Below are positions 9,238-19,066 of a stretch of DNA of 64,000 nt, one piece after another. The notes beneath the pieces were generated by a model. The model worked only from the letters and a program-made list of their open reading frames with translations, did no database searches and was not told where the DNA came from. The stretch is from Candidatus Aadella gelida (GTDB lineage Bacteria > Omnitrophota > Gorgyraeia > Tantalellales > Tantalellaceae): assembly GCA_030765205.1 (NCBI GenBank), contig JAVCDB010000106.1:906-64905 (forward strand). Direction: 5' to 3'. A program made the translations under genes and the position numbers. Each line of letters starts with the position of its first letter. Position 1 is the first letter of the stretch.

Positions 9238-10149
9238 TCACCATATCTCTATCTCGGGTTCCAGTTCTACCGCAAATTCTTTTTTCACTCTTCCTTTCAC
9301 ATCTTCAATAAGAGAAACAATATCAGAAGATCTTGCGGACCCAGCATTTACTATAAAATTTGCATGTTTATTCGATATAATCGCATCTCCGCATTTCTTG
9401 TTTTTCATCCCAGCAAGCTCTATCAGCTCTCCTGCCGAAAATTTATGTGCTTCAGGATTCTTAAAAATACATCCTAATGTTTTTTCGTTTAGAGGCTGTT
9501 TTTTTATTTTTTCCGAAAAACATGTTTCAATCTTTTTTTTAGCATCTATCTCATTGCACCTTGTTAGCTGAAATTCCGCACTAATTATTATCCTATCTTT
9601 ACCCAGAGAAGAACAATGATATCCAAAAATAATATCTTTCTTATCAATTTCAACTTTTTTATAAAATTCATCAATAACATTTATTTTTATCAAATTGCCG
9701 CTGATAATATCCTTGTATCCGGCATTCGTTATAACCGCCCCTCCCACAGTAGCTGGAATACCTACGAGTCCCTCAAGCCCCGAAAGACCCTGTTTTGAAG
9801 ATCTTGCAATAAGTTCTTCCAGCCATACCCCGCCTCCGGCAAATACCTTTGTCCCGTCGAACGCTATCTCCCGAAAATCACCCCTGTTCAGGATAAAAAT
9901 AACCTTATCCAGATATCCATCCGGCATCAGAACATTGCTTCCCCGGCCGATAACTCCTGTCTTCATGCCAGCACTATCAAGGAACCTCTTAGCCTCGATC
10001 ATTTCCTCAAAATTTTGCGGCATATATACTGCAAAGACAGATCCTCCTGTCTTCATAGTATTACATCTTGAAAGCTGGTATTCAAACTCTACTTTTCCGC
10101 CAAACTTATCACTTATCTCTTTCAATGTTTTCTTGATATTGTCTTTCAT
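9238..10149 (-). CDS. murB: UDP-N-acetylmuramate dehydrogenase
   Basis: GRGSN, GLEGLVGIPATVGG, GCIFKNP, KHANFIVN. Confidence 0.96.
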   Translation of the reverse strand: MKDNIKKTLKEISDKFGGKVEFEYQLSRCNTMKTGGSVFAVYMPQNFEEMIEAKRFLDSAGMKTGVIGRGSNVLMPDGYLDKVIFILNRGDFREIAFDGTKVFAGGGVWLEELIARSSKQGLSGLEGLVGIPATVGGAVITNAGYKDIISGNLIKINVIDEFYKKVEIDKKDIIFGYHCSSLGKDRIIISAEFQLTRCNEIDAKKKIETCFSEKIKKQPLNEKTLGCIFKNPEAHKFSAGELIELAGMKNKKCGDAIISNKHANFIVNAGSARSSDIVSLIEDVKGRVKKEFAVELEPEIEIW

Positions 10150-10150
10150 G

Positions 10151-11515
10151 CTACTTATCCTTAAGGCGATTGACTATATCGGGTCCTATTTCCCTTATAT
10201 CACCTGCTCCCAATATAAGTACAATGTCATTCTCTTTGACCATGGACGGAAGAATCCCGGGTATGTCACATTTTTCAGCAACTGTTATCTTGTCGAATTT
10301 GTTACTATCGATCTTTTTTACAATATCCTGCACAGACATTTTATCTGAATTATCTTCGTCTGCCGAATAAATATCCGTAAGTATAAGTGAATCCGCTTCG
10401 TTAAAACTTGTTGAAAATTCTTCTGCAAGATCCCGCGTTCTCGAATATCTATGGGGCTGAAATATAGCTATCACTTTACCCTCCGTGAACCTTTTTGCTG
10501 CACCTATCACGGCCTTTATCTCAGTGGGGTGATGAGCGTAATCTTCCACTACCCTAATACCCTTAATGTTTGCTATCTCCTCGAACCTTCTCTTGACGCC
10601 CTTAAAGGACCTGGCACCTTCAATAATATACTTCATGTCGATCCCTATCTCGATGCTAAGAGCTATAGCTGCCAGGAGGTTCATAGTGTTATATTTGCCC
10701 AAAAGAGGACAAACTATCCTGCCGCGATCCTTACCTTTGATCAGAATATTAAATTCAATGCCTTTGTCAAAAACCTCATTCGTACATGTAACATCACAAT
10801 TCTCGGTCATGCCGAAAGAAATTTTCCTAGAACCTTCGAATGCATTTAATATCTCTTTCGTTCCTCTATCTTCCCCGTTATACACAAGAGTACCCTCAGA
10901 GGATATCTTAGCAATAAAACTTTCATATGTTTTGACAAGATCATTCCATCCCTTATAGTTTTCCATATGTTCACGTTCGACATTAGTTATAACAGCATGA
11001 CGTGACACAATGCTGCGAAAGAATCCGTCACTTTCATCTACTTCTGCGACAAACATTTTTCCTGATCCGGCTTTTGCGTTTCCACCTATTAAATCTATCT
11101 CTCCCCCTAAAGCTATCGTAGGATCCTGCCCTGCTATTTCAGCTATGTGAGCTATAATAGCTGTCGTAGTGGTCTTTCCATGAGTTCCTGTAACAGCGAT
11201 GCTGCATTCAGTTTCGGACATTTTCATACCAAGGAATTCACTTCTTGGTATGATAGGAATAGAATTCTCCCGTGCTTTAATGATTTCAGGATTATCGTTT
11301 CTTATTGAAGATGAGGCTATGACCATATCTATTCCTGGTCTAATATTTTTTACATCATGTACCAAATTAATAACCGCACCTTTTGACAACAATCCTTCTG
11401 TTAGATTATTCGATCTAATATCTGATCCCGATACGGCATCACCCTTAGAAAGACATATATGGGCGAGTGCACTCATTCCGATCCCGGCAATCCCTATAAA
11501 ATGTATATTTTTCAT
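10151..11515 (-). CDS. murC: UDP-N-acetylmuramate--L-alanine ligase
   Basis: GIAGIGMSALA, GTHGKTTT, DESD, DYAHHPTEI, FQPHRYSRT. Confidence 0.97.
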   Translation of the reverse strand: MKNIHFIGIAGIGMSALAHICLSKGDAVSGSDIRSNNLTEGLLSKGAVINLVHDVKNIRPGIDMVIASSSIRNDNPEIIKARENSIPIIPRSEFLGMKMSETECSIAVTGTHGKTTTTAIIAHIAEIAGQDPTIALGGEIDLIGGNAKAGSGKMFVAEVDESDGFFRSIVSRHAVITNVEREHMENYKGWNDLVKTYESFIAKISSEGTLVYNGEDRGTKEILNAFEGSRKISFGMTENCDVTCTNEVFDKGIEFNILIKGKDRGRIVCPLLGKYNTMNLLAAIALSIEIGIDMKYIIEGARSFKGVKRRFEEIANIKGIRVVEDYAHHPTEIKAVIGAAKRFTEGKVIAIFQPHRYSRTRDLAEEFSTSFNEADSLILTDIYSADEDNSDKMSVQDIVKKIDSNKFDKITVAEKCDIPGILPSMVKENDIVLILGAGDIREIGPDIVNRLKDK

Positions 11516-11540
11516 TCACTCTCCGTTCTTCTGATAAATT

Positions 11541-12641
11541 CTACCTCTCTCCCAACAAGATAACTGCATCCGCCAGCTTACTTCCGGCCTCAGGCATGGC
11601 AAGTCTCCCTGCGGCCTGACTCATTTCCGATAGCTTGTTCTTATCTTTTAGCAGATCGTTGATCTCCCTATATAGATCGTCTCCACAAAGATCTTTCTCC
11701 TCCCGATATATCGCTGCTCCTTTATCCGAAAAATATATGGCATTCGATCTTTGGTTGTTCTTAATATTGGGATATGGGATCAATATCATCGGCTTCTTGT
11801 AATATGCTATCTCAAAGATTGCGGCTGCTCCGGACCTTGATACTATAAGATCGCTTGCCGCATAAGCCTGATCTATCCTTTCCATAAAAGAAAAAACTGC
11901 AGCCTTTATCTCGTTGTCTGCATAAAAATCCTTAATCTTATTGTGATCCTTTTTTCCGGTTATGTGCAGGAACTGTATTTTGTCCCCCAGGGATCTTTTT
12001 AGAGCCAAGGCAGCCTCCGAAGCTTTAGTATTCAAAAAAGAGGAACCCTGACTACCCCCCATTACAAGTACGGTAGTTCTTCCGGCATCCATACCCAGGT
12101 TTTTCAAAGATTTTTCCTTATCATCCGACAATATATTCAGGCGCAATGGATTTCCTGAATGTATTATACATTTTTCAGAACGTTTAAAATACGTTCCGGT
12201 CTCTTTGAACGTCACAGCCACGACATCGGCTATTCTAGACAAGATCCTATTAGCTCTTCCCGGAAAAAAATTCTGTTCATGGATTAGAACGGGAACTCTG
12301 AACATCTTTCCGATAAAAGATATTGCCCCAGAAGAGTATCCTCCGAATCCGACAATTATTGCAGGTCTTGTCCTTACCAGAATATAAACGGAAGTTATAA
12401 TATCCATCAGGAACTTAAAGACAAAGACCACCATCTTTATAGGACGGAACCGAAGTGGCATGGGATTTATTGACAAAAAATATCCTGGGAATCCGCAACC
12501 TTCCAGCATATTCCTATCTAACCGCCTTCTGCTGGACACAAAGTATATATCCTTAATACCTTTTCGCTTCAATTCGTGCGCTAAAGCGACTGACGGAAAG
12601 ATGTGCCCTCCCGAACCTCCTGCTGCAATAATAACTTTCAT
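11541..12641 (-). CDS. murG: Lipid II GlcNAc transferase
   Basis: GGSGGHIFP, GFGGY, HEQN, GNPLR, GGSQG, SRSGA. Confidence 0.97.
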   Translation of the reverse strand: MKVIIAAGGSGGHIFPSVALAHELKRKGIKDIYFVSSRRRLDRNMLEGCGFPGYFLSINPMPLRFRPIKMVVFVFKFLMDIITSVYILVRTRPAIIVGFGGYSSGAISFIGKMFRVPVLIHEQNFFPGRANRILSRIADVVAVTFKETGTYFKRSEKCIIHSGNPLRLNILSDDKEKSLKNLGMDAGRTTVLVMGGSQGSSFLNTKASEAALALKRSLGDKIQFLHITGKKDHNKIKDFYADNEIKAAVFSFMERIDQAYAASDLIVSRSGAAAIFEIAYYKKPMILIPYPNIKNNQRSNAIYFSDKGAAIYREEKDLCGDDLYREINDLLKDKNKLSEMSQAAGRLAMPEAGSKLADAVILLGER

Positions 12642-12655
12642 AATGTACTATGCCT

Positions 12656-13747
12656 TTATTTATACTCCGCTCTTCTTGCAGCATTCAGGACCAATCCTAT
12701 CGCCGCAAGATGACAAACAAGGGAACTGCCTCCATAACTTATGAACGGCAAAGGGAGTCCTTTTGTCGGCAAGACTCCGGTTGAAACCCCGACATTGACT
12801 ATGACCTCAAAAGCTAACATAGTAGCTACACCAAAAACTGCCAAGGATGAGAATCTTTCCTTTATTTTTAAAGAAATTCTAAAAGAGTACCATATAAGCG
12901 CGCTAAATAGTATTAATGTCGATGCAGCTCCCAAGAATCCGAGTTCTTCACCAATTATAGAAAAAATGAAATCTGTGTGGGACTCCGGGAGATAAAAAAG
13001 CTTTTGGCGTGATTCTCCGAGACCCACTCCTAGAATTCCTCCCGACCCAAGAGCGATAAATGATTGTATTAACTGAAACCCGGCACCTTGAGCATCCGCC
13101 CAGGGATTTATGACCGTAAATATTCTCTTGACCCTATATGGTTTACTTTTAACAGCCAGGACGAGTGCCGGTATCATGCAGAGCCCCACCGAAAATAAAT
13201 GTTTTAATTTAACCCCTGACGAAAAAAGCATCACCGTTCCTATAAAAAGGATAGCAACAAAGGTACCCATATCAGGTTCCAAAAGTACCAATCCTCCCAT
13301 TAATCCTATAACAAAAAATGACGGTATAAACCCGCGTTTAAGATCCTTTATCATCTTCCCTTTACGTACTATAAGATCAGACATATAAAGAATAAGAATG
13401 ATCTTGGCCGCTTCCGAAGGCTGAAATCCAAACCCAAAGATCTTGATCCATCTACGTGCACCGCCAGCAACCGCCCCTATCCCGGGCACCAGAACGAGGA
13501 TAAGTAATATGATCATACCGATCATAACGGGCCTTATAACTTCCCTGATCCGTTCGATCTTAACCGACATACATGCGAGAGCAACGATCAATCCGACAAA
13601 AAGGAACAAAAGATGCCTTTTGACAAAAAAAAGGCTGTCTTCATATGATCCGTGCGCATAAATGGCACTTGAAGAATATATCATCACCACTCCCAGCATT
13701 AAAAGAAGTGATGTGGATAAAAGTATTATTTTCGAATCTCTAGTCAT
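12656..13747 (-). CDS. ftsW: SEDS family peptidoglycan glycosyltransferase FtsW
   Basis: GARRWI, FQPSE, EPDMGT, LPESHTDFIF, PFISYGGSS. Confidence 0.96.
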   Translation of the reverse strand: MTRDSKIILLSTSLLLMLGVVMIYSSSAIYAHGSYEDSLFFVKRHLLFLFVGLIVALACMSVKIERIREVIRPVMIGMIILLILVLVPGIGAVAGGARRWIKIFGFGFQPSEAAKIILILYMSDLIVRKGKMIKDLKRGFIPSFFVIGLMGGLVLLEPDMGTFVAILFIGTVMLFSSGVKLKHLFSVGLCMIPALVLAVKSKPYRVKRIFTVINPWADAQGAGFQLIQSFIALGSGGILGVGLGESRQKLFYLPESHTDFIFSIIGEELGFLGAASTLILFSALIWYSFRISLKIKERFSSLAVFGVATMLAFEVIVNVGVSTGVLPTKGLPLPFISYGGSSLVCHLAAIGLVLNAARRAEYK

Positions 13748-13772
13748 ATTTGAATTTACTATACCCCTTTCT

Positions 13773-15131
13773 TCACGATTTAGGGGCCCTTTTCATTACC
13801 TCGCTCTGAAAAACCTCTCCTCTTTCCTTGTACCCCGAAAACATATCAAAACTTGAACACATAGGCGACAGCATCACAATATCACCGGGTTCGGCGTATT
13901 TGATCGCTTTTTCCACGGCGTCCCCCATATCTTCAGCATCTACAACCTTTGTCTCCCCTTCAAACGCTTCGACGATCCTAGTCTTGGCCTCTCCAATAAC
14001 TATTATTGTTTTCACTTTCTGTTTCACTAGAGGTACTAGAGAACCGTAATCCCCGCCTTTATCTCTTCCGCCGGCTATTAGAACCGCCTTTTTATCGACG
14101 GTTTTCAGAGCAACTCTGGTAGCGTCAATATTAGTAGCTTTAGAATCATCTATAAAAACTATACCGTTGATGATGCCTATCCGCTCGGTACGATGCCGCA
14201 AAGGAACAAATATTTTAACGGCTTCTTTAACTTTATCCGTATTTATCCCAAGTATGCCGGCCACTATGATGCTACAGGCAATATTCTCAAAATTGTGATC
14301 CCCTGAAACGGGAAGGATCTCGTCATGTCTGAAAACCGGCAGCTTTCTTTCGAGCTTCGAATTTGTATCCTCATTTTTTTTGGCAGTAACGTGTTCATCC
14401 ATCTCTTTATCAAAAAAAACAACACGGCTTCTGACGTCTTTAATTTCAGGAGAATCTCTCAAACATTCATTTATCACTGCCCAGTCTGTTTCGGTCTGAT
14501 TTTCAAATATTCGATATTTTTCCGATTTGTATCCGTCATAGGACCCATGTCTATCATAATGATCTTCTGCTATATTAAGAAGAACAGCGATATAAGGTTT
14601 GAATCTTTGAATTGTCTCTAACTGAAAAGAGCTTACTTCGACAACAGCTATACTATTTTTTGATAGACCATCCACTTCTCCTATCAAAGGATTCCCTATA
14701 TTCCCGCAGACCTTCACGTCCATCCCTGCCTCAGAAAGAATATGACCAATAAGATCAGTAACTGTACTTTTACCGTTAGTTCCCGTGATAGCTATAATAG
14801 GCGCCTCGCAATACCGTGCCCCCAGCTCTAGGGTCCCGATCACTGGAACATCTTTAGGTAATACACCCGATGAATGGCTCTTCTTGATATCAATACCCGG
14901 GCTGACAACTACTATGTCAGCTCCCGAACAGAACTCTTCAGTGTGCCCTCCCCATTCAAAATCGCACTCACCTGATTGTTTAAATTTATCTACATCACTT
15001 TTTTTGAGAGTACCATCCCCGCTATCCGATACCTTTACCTTTATTCCTCTTTTTAAAAGAAAAGAAGCGGCCGCAAGACCGCTTACTCCCATCCCTAATA
15101 TCAGTACTGTCTTATCCTTGAGTTCTGTCAT
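13773..15131 (-). CDS. murD: UDP-MurNAc-L-Ala--D-glutamate ligase
   Basis: GTNGKST, GNIG, EVSSFQL, DDSKATN, GGRDKG, SPMCSSFD. Confidence 0.97.
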   Translation of the reverse strand: MTELKDKTVLILGMGVSGLAAASFLLKRGIKVKVSDSGDGTLKKSDVDKFKQSGECDFEWGGHTEEFCSGADIVVVSPGIDIKKSHSSGVLPKDVPVIGTLELGARYCEAPIIAITGTNGKSTVTDLIGHILSEAGMDVKVCGNIGNPLIGEVDGLSKNSIAVVEVSSFQLETIQRFKPYIAVLLNIAEDHYDRHGSYDGYKSEKYRIFENQTETDWAVINECLRDSPEIKDVRSRVVFFDKEMDEHVTAKKNEDTNSKLERKLPVFRHDEILPVSGDHNFENIACSIIVAGILGINTDKVKEAVKIFVPLRHRTERIGIINGIVFIDDSKATNIDATRVALKTVDKKAVLIAGGRDKGGDYGSLVPLVKQKVKTIIVIGEAKTRIVEAFEGETKVVDAEDMGDAVEKAIKYAEPGDIVMLSPMCSSFDMFSGYKERGEVFQSEVMKRAPKS

Positions 15132-15145
15132 GGTTTATTTGATTA

Positions 15146-16234
15146 CTAACGTACTTTAAGTGTCGCTATACTAACCAGAGCTAAAATAGCCGCTATTATC
15201 CAAAATCTCACGGTTATTTTGGACTCATGTAATCCCTTAATCTGAAAATGATGATGTATAGGTGACATCAAAAAAAGTCTTTTCTTGAATGTCTTAAAGT
15301 AAAATACCTGTAATATGACCGAAAGCGCTTCCGCAACCAAAACTCCCCCAGTTATGATAAGAAGCATTTCCTTCTTTATAAGCATGCTTACTATGGCTAT
15401 GGCTCCTCCCATGGCAAGTGATCCCGTATCCCCCATAAACACACTGGCAGGATGACTGTTGAACCATAGGAATCCTAAACTAGCGCCTGCAAGTGCCGCA
15501 CAAAACACTGCAAGTTCACCCGCTCCCGGAAGATAGAATATCTGGAGATACCGACTCATCTCAACATGTCCGGTAAGATAACTTATAGCGGCATAGGTAA
15601 GAGTAACGAATACCATGCATCCTGTAGCCAAGCCGTCAAGTCCGTCTGTTAGGTTTACAGCGTTAGATGCGCCTGCTATAACGATAAAAGAAAATAATAT
15701 GTAGAATACACCCAGATTACATACTGCATTCTTTACAAAAGGGAGATAAAGATCCCCTCCTATATTCCCGTTCTTCAGAACAAAAAGCCCAACTATGACA
15801 GCCAGACACATCTGCCCCAAAAGTTTACTCAAAGCTCTAATACCTTTTGCGCTTTTGTTCTTCAATTTTAATACATCGTCCATAAATCCTATCCCACCCA
15901 GCCAGACTGTCCCCGCCAAACAGAGAAGCACATAATCATTATTCAGCTTAGACCAAAAAAGCGTCGACAAAACAACGGCTACCAATATTAACACCCCACC
16001 CATGGTGGGGGTTCCCTCTTTATGCTTATGAAGGTCATATAATCCCTCTACATGTTCCTTTCGAACATATTGTCCGGCATTGAACCTTTTTAAGATGTTA
16101 ATCAGAACAGGTCCGAAAATTATACAGACAAGAAACGATGTAACAGCGGCCATGCTGGCACGGAACGTAATATACTTAAAAACATTAAAACCAAACCATA
16201 TATCCCTCAAGGGGTAGAGTATGTGGTAAAGCAT
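15146..16234 (-). CDS. mraY: Phospho-MurNAc-pentapeptide transferase
   Basis: KEGTPTMGG, SNAVNLTDGLDGLA, FMGDTGS, PIHHHF. Start moved to MLYHILYP at 16234. Confidence 0.97.
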   Translation of the reverse strand: MLYHILYPLRDIWFGFNVFKYITFRASMAAVTSFLVCIIFGPVLINILKRFNAGQYVRKEHVEGLYDLHKHKEGTPTMGGVLILVAVVLSTLFWSKLNNDYVLLCLAGTVWLGGIGFMDDVLKLKNKSAKGIRALSKLLGQMCLAVIVGLFVLKNGNIGGDLYLPFVKNAVCNLGVFYILFSFIVIAGASNAVNLTDGLDGLATGCMVFVTLTYAAISYLTGHVEMSRYLQIFYLPGAGELAVFCAALAGASLGFLWFNSHPASVFMGDTGSLAMGGAIAIVSMLIKKEMLLIITGGVLVAEALSVILQVFYFKTFKKRLFLMSPIHHHFQIKGLHESKITVRFWIIAAILALVSIATLKVR

Positions 16235-17583
16235 TTGATGATCTCCTCCAATTTTGCGGCACGTGACGCTTTTAGTAATATCAGGGACTCTTTGACCGTC
16301 CTCTTCCGGATAATCTCTGAGGCATGTTCGCACCCGTCGGCCCGTATAACATTATCCGAAGACATGCCTTCTTCCAAGGCCCCTTCTATAGTTGAGTTAG
16401 CCCAGGAACCCAAAACTATTAATTTATTGATCTTTCTTCTAGCTACACTTTTCCCTATTGCGCGATGCAAGCTCTCGCTTTCTGCCCCCAATTCCAACAT
16501 GTCCCCTGCAATGACTACGCGTTCTCCCGAGCATTCGGAATTCTCTAAAACATTCAAGGCACACTCAAAAGATTCGGGATTCGAGTTATAGGCATCATTT
16601 ATAAAATATCTTTCACAAGTTTTGATCCGTTCAAGGCGCATAGGCGGCATGGAAACATTTTTGACCCGTTCCCTTATCTTCTCATCACCAACACCCAGAG
16701 ATTGAGCCACAGCTATCGCTACAGTCACATTATACACGTTATGTATCCCTTTTTGTGGAAAAATATATTCGTTCTCGTTCACATAAAAAACATAACCTTC
16801 ATTCACACCCTCTATATCTTTTATGATAAAATCACAATTCTTGGATGATCCGTAATAATTAACATCCCCTCTATCAGACTGGATCCCCTGCAAAAAAGGA
16901 TCATCTCCGTTAAGAAAAATGCCTCCGCCTCTTTTTAGAAACTTAAGTAGTTCTATCTTCTCTTTGAATACCCCTTCTTTATTGCCAAAAAACTCAATAT
17001 GAGACTGCCCTATGTTCGTTATAATAACCACATCCGGTCTAACTATATCACCTAAAATGGACATCTCTCCGGGATGATTTGTTCCAAGTTCAAGAATAAC
17101 AATTTCATGATCATTCCGTACATCAAATAGGGTCAACCCCACACCAATAACATTGTTGAAGGATCTGCGGCTGGAGACAAGCTTATATTTGGACGACAAA
17201 ACATGTGCCAAAAGGTCCTTTACCGTGGTTTTACCGTTGGAACCGGTTATTGCTATCACGGTAGCTTTTATTCTTTTCCTTATCTCCCGGGATATATCTG
17301 CGAGGGTTCTTATAACATCTTCAACAAGAATAACATGCTTATCACCATTTAAAGCTGTAACGGACTTTTCGTCCGATACGATAAACCCTCCAGCCCCCTT
17401 CTTTGCAGCTTCATCTATAAACTTATGTCCGTCGTGATTTTTACCTTGTATAGCTAAAAAGAATTCCCCTTTATTGATCGTCCGAGAATCCGTTGAAAAA
17501 CCGCAGATCATCCCATCGGGGATATCCGTCACAAGTTTTCCTTTTATAATGTCGGTTATTTCCTTGATTCCAAGTTCAATCAT
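16207..17583 (-). CDS. murF: UDP-MurNAc-tripeptide--D-Ala-D-Ala ligase
   Basis: TDSR, GSNGKTTVK, NDAYNSNP, GDMLELG. Confidence 0.96.
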   Translation of the reverse strand: MIELGIKEITDIIKGKLVTDIPDGMICGFSTDSRTINKGEFFLAIQGKNHDGHKFIDEAAKKGAGGFIVSDEKSVTALNGDKHVILVEDVIRTLADISREIRKRIKATVIAITGSNGKTTVKDLLAHVLSSKYKLVSSRRSFNNVIGVGLTLFDVRNDHEIVILELGTNHPGEMSILGDIVRPDVVIITNIGQSHIEFFGNKEGVFKEKIELLKFLKRGGGIFLNGDDPFLQGIQSDRGDVNYYGSSKNCDFIIKDIEGVNEGYVFYVNENEYIFPQKGIHNVYNVTVAIAVAQSLGVGDEKIRERVKNVSMPPMRLERIKTCERYFINDAYNSNPESFECALNVLENSECSGERVVIAGDMLELGAESESLHRAIGKSVARRKINKLIVLGSWANSTIEGALEEGMSSDNVIRADGCEHASEIIRKRTVKESLILLKASRAAKLEEIIKCFTTYSTP

Positions 17584-17598
17584 ATTGTCTGATACATA

Positions 17599-19065
17599 TT
17601 ATCCGGATATACCCGGATAATATCCCATTTCCTTTAAAATTTCTTTTGATATCACTGTATCATCAAAATAATAACGTTCATTCCCTATTATCTGATAATC
17701 CTCATGTCCCTTACCTGCAATAACGACTATATCACCGTCCGTTGCGCTTTTAAAAGCTTCCCTTATAGCCTCTCCGCGGTCCTCGATCGCTATTTCATCT
17801 TTCCCGCCTTTCATGCCTTCCCTTATCTGCTTTATTATATCTGAAGAACTTTCAGTTCTGGAATTGTCCGACGTTACAACTGTCTTGTCTGCCAAGGTCG
17901 AGACTATCTTCCCCATTATCGGCCGTTTACTTTTATCTCTATCCCCTCCGCATCCGAATACGCATATCAGCCTCTTTTCGGATAGTCCTCTCAAACATTC
18001 CAATAGACCCACAATAGCAACAGGCGTGTGAGCATAATCCACAAAAACCCTGAAAGGAGCGTCACTTAACACTTCTTGGAGTCTTCCTGGAACGCCCCTA
18101 AACTCTTCCGCTCCTTTTTTTGCGATCTCTAGATCCAATCCGGCACATATCATACAACTTGCCGCTGCCATAATGTTATAAACATTATGTACCCCCATTA
18201 CTCTTGAAAAAATCTCGGTACTGCCACATTTTTTTGAAGAAAGGATGAATCTCATACGGTCATTCACATAACCTATCTTTTCTGCCTTTATATCAGGAGT
18301 GCCTTTCAATCCGAAAGTTTTAAACTTTAAACCGTTTTTTTTACTTAATATGATCTCCGATGCGGGATCGTCAGTATTAAGCACGCCTATCCCGTCATCT
18401 TTCAGTGCATTAAATATTTTCATCTTATCATTCAGATAAGATCCCATATCCTTATGATAATCCAGATGTTCGGGTGTAATATTGGTAAAAACAGCCTGAT
18501 CAAGTCCTATTCCCGCCATCCTGTTCTGGCTCAAGGCATGAGACGAGATCTCAATAACTGCCGCCTTTCCCTTTAACTCCACCATCTTGGCTAAAAGTCT
18601 GTTAATCGAAACTACATCAGGAGTGGTCATTACGGCATCTTCAAGGTCCCCGTTTATGCCTTTAAGAGCAACTGTGCTGATAAACCCTGAACTGATACCG
18701 GCCGCGCTGAACATGCTGTCAATTAGATATACAGTTGTTGTCTTCCCGTTAGTACCGGTAACTCCGCAGGTTAAAAGTTTTTTGGAAGGATCGCAGAACG
18801 CGGTCTTGGTCATCTCTGCCAATGACAGGCGGCTGTCCTTGACACAAATTATCTTTTTCTTTTCTTCGTCTGTGGCGTTATATGAAGCATCTTCGCACAC
18901 AACGAATTCAGCCCCTCTTCTCAATGCCTCTCCCGTATATATATGACCATCCTCATTGTACCCTTTTATTGCGACAAAAATGTCTCCGGGTAGAACAGAC
19001 CGAGAATCTGTCTTTATTTTTTCGGGGCTCTTTGTAACTTTTTGAATTATTGTGTTTAGGTTCAT
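17599..19065 (-). CDS. murE: UDP-MurNAc-dipeptide--diamino acid ligase
   Basis: GTNGKTT, DYAHTP, GCGGDRD, DNSR (variant of DNPR), AGKGHE. Confidence 0.96.
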   Translation of the reverse strand: MNLNTIIQKVTKSPEKIKTDSRSVLPGDIFVAIKGYNEDGHIYTGEALRRGAEFVVCEDASYNATDEEKKKIICVKDSRLSLAEMTKTAFCDPSKKLLTCGVTGTNGKTTTVYLIDSMFSAAGISSGFISTVALKGINGDLEDAVMTTPDVVSINRLLAKMVELKGKAAVIEISSHALSQNRMAGIGLDQAVFTNITPEHLDYHKDMGSYLNDKMKIFNALKDDGIGVLNTDDPASEIILSKKNGLKFKTFGLKGTPDIKAEKIGYVNDRMRFILSSKKCGSTEIFSRVMGVHNVYNIMAAASCMICAGLDLEIAKKGAEEFRGVPGRLQEVLSDAPFRVFVDYAHTPVAIVGLLECLRGLSEKRLICVFGCGGDRDKSKRPIMGKIVSTLADKTVVTSDNSRTESSSDIIKQIREGMKGGKDEIAIEDRGEAIREAFKSATDGDIVVIAGKGHEDYQIIGNERYYFDDTVISKEILKEMGYYPGISG

Positions 19066-19066
19066 A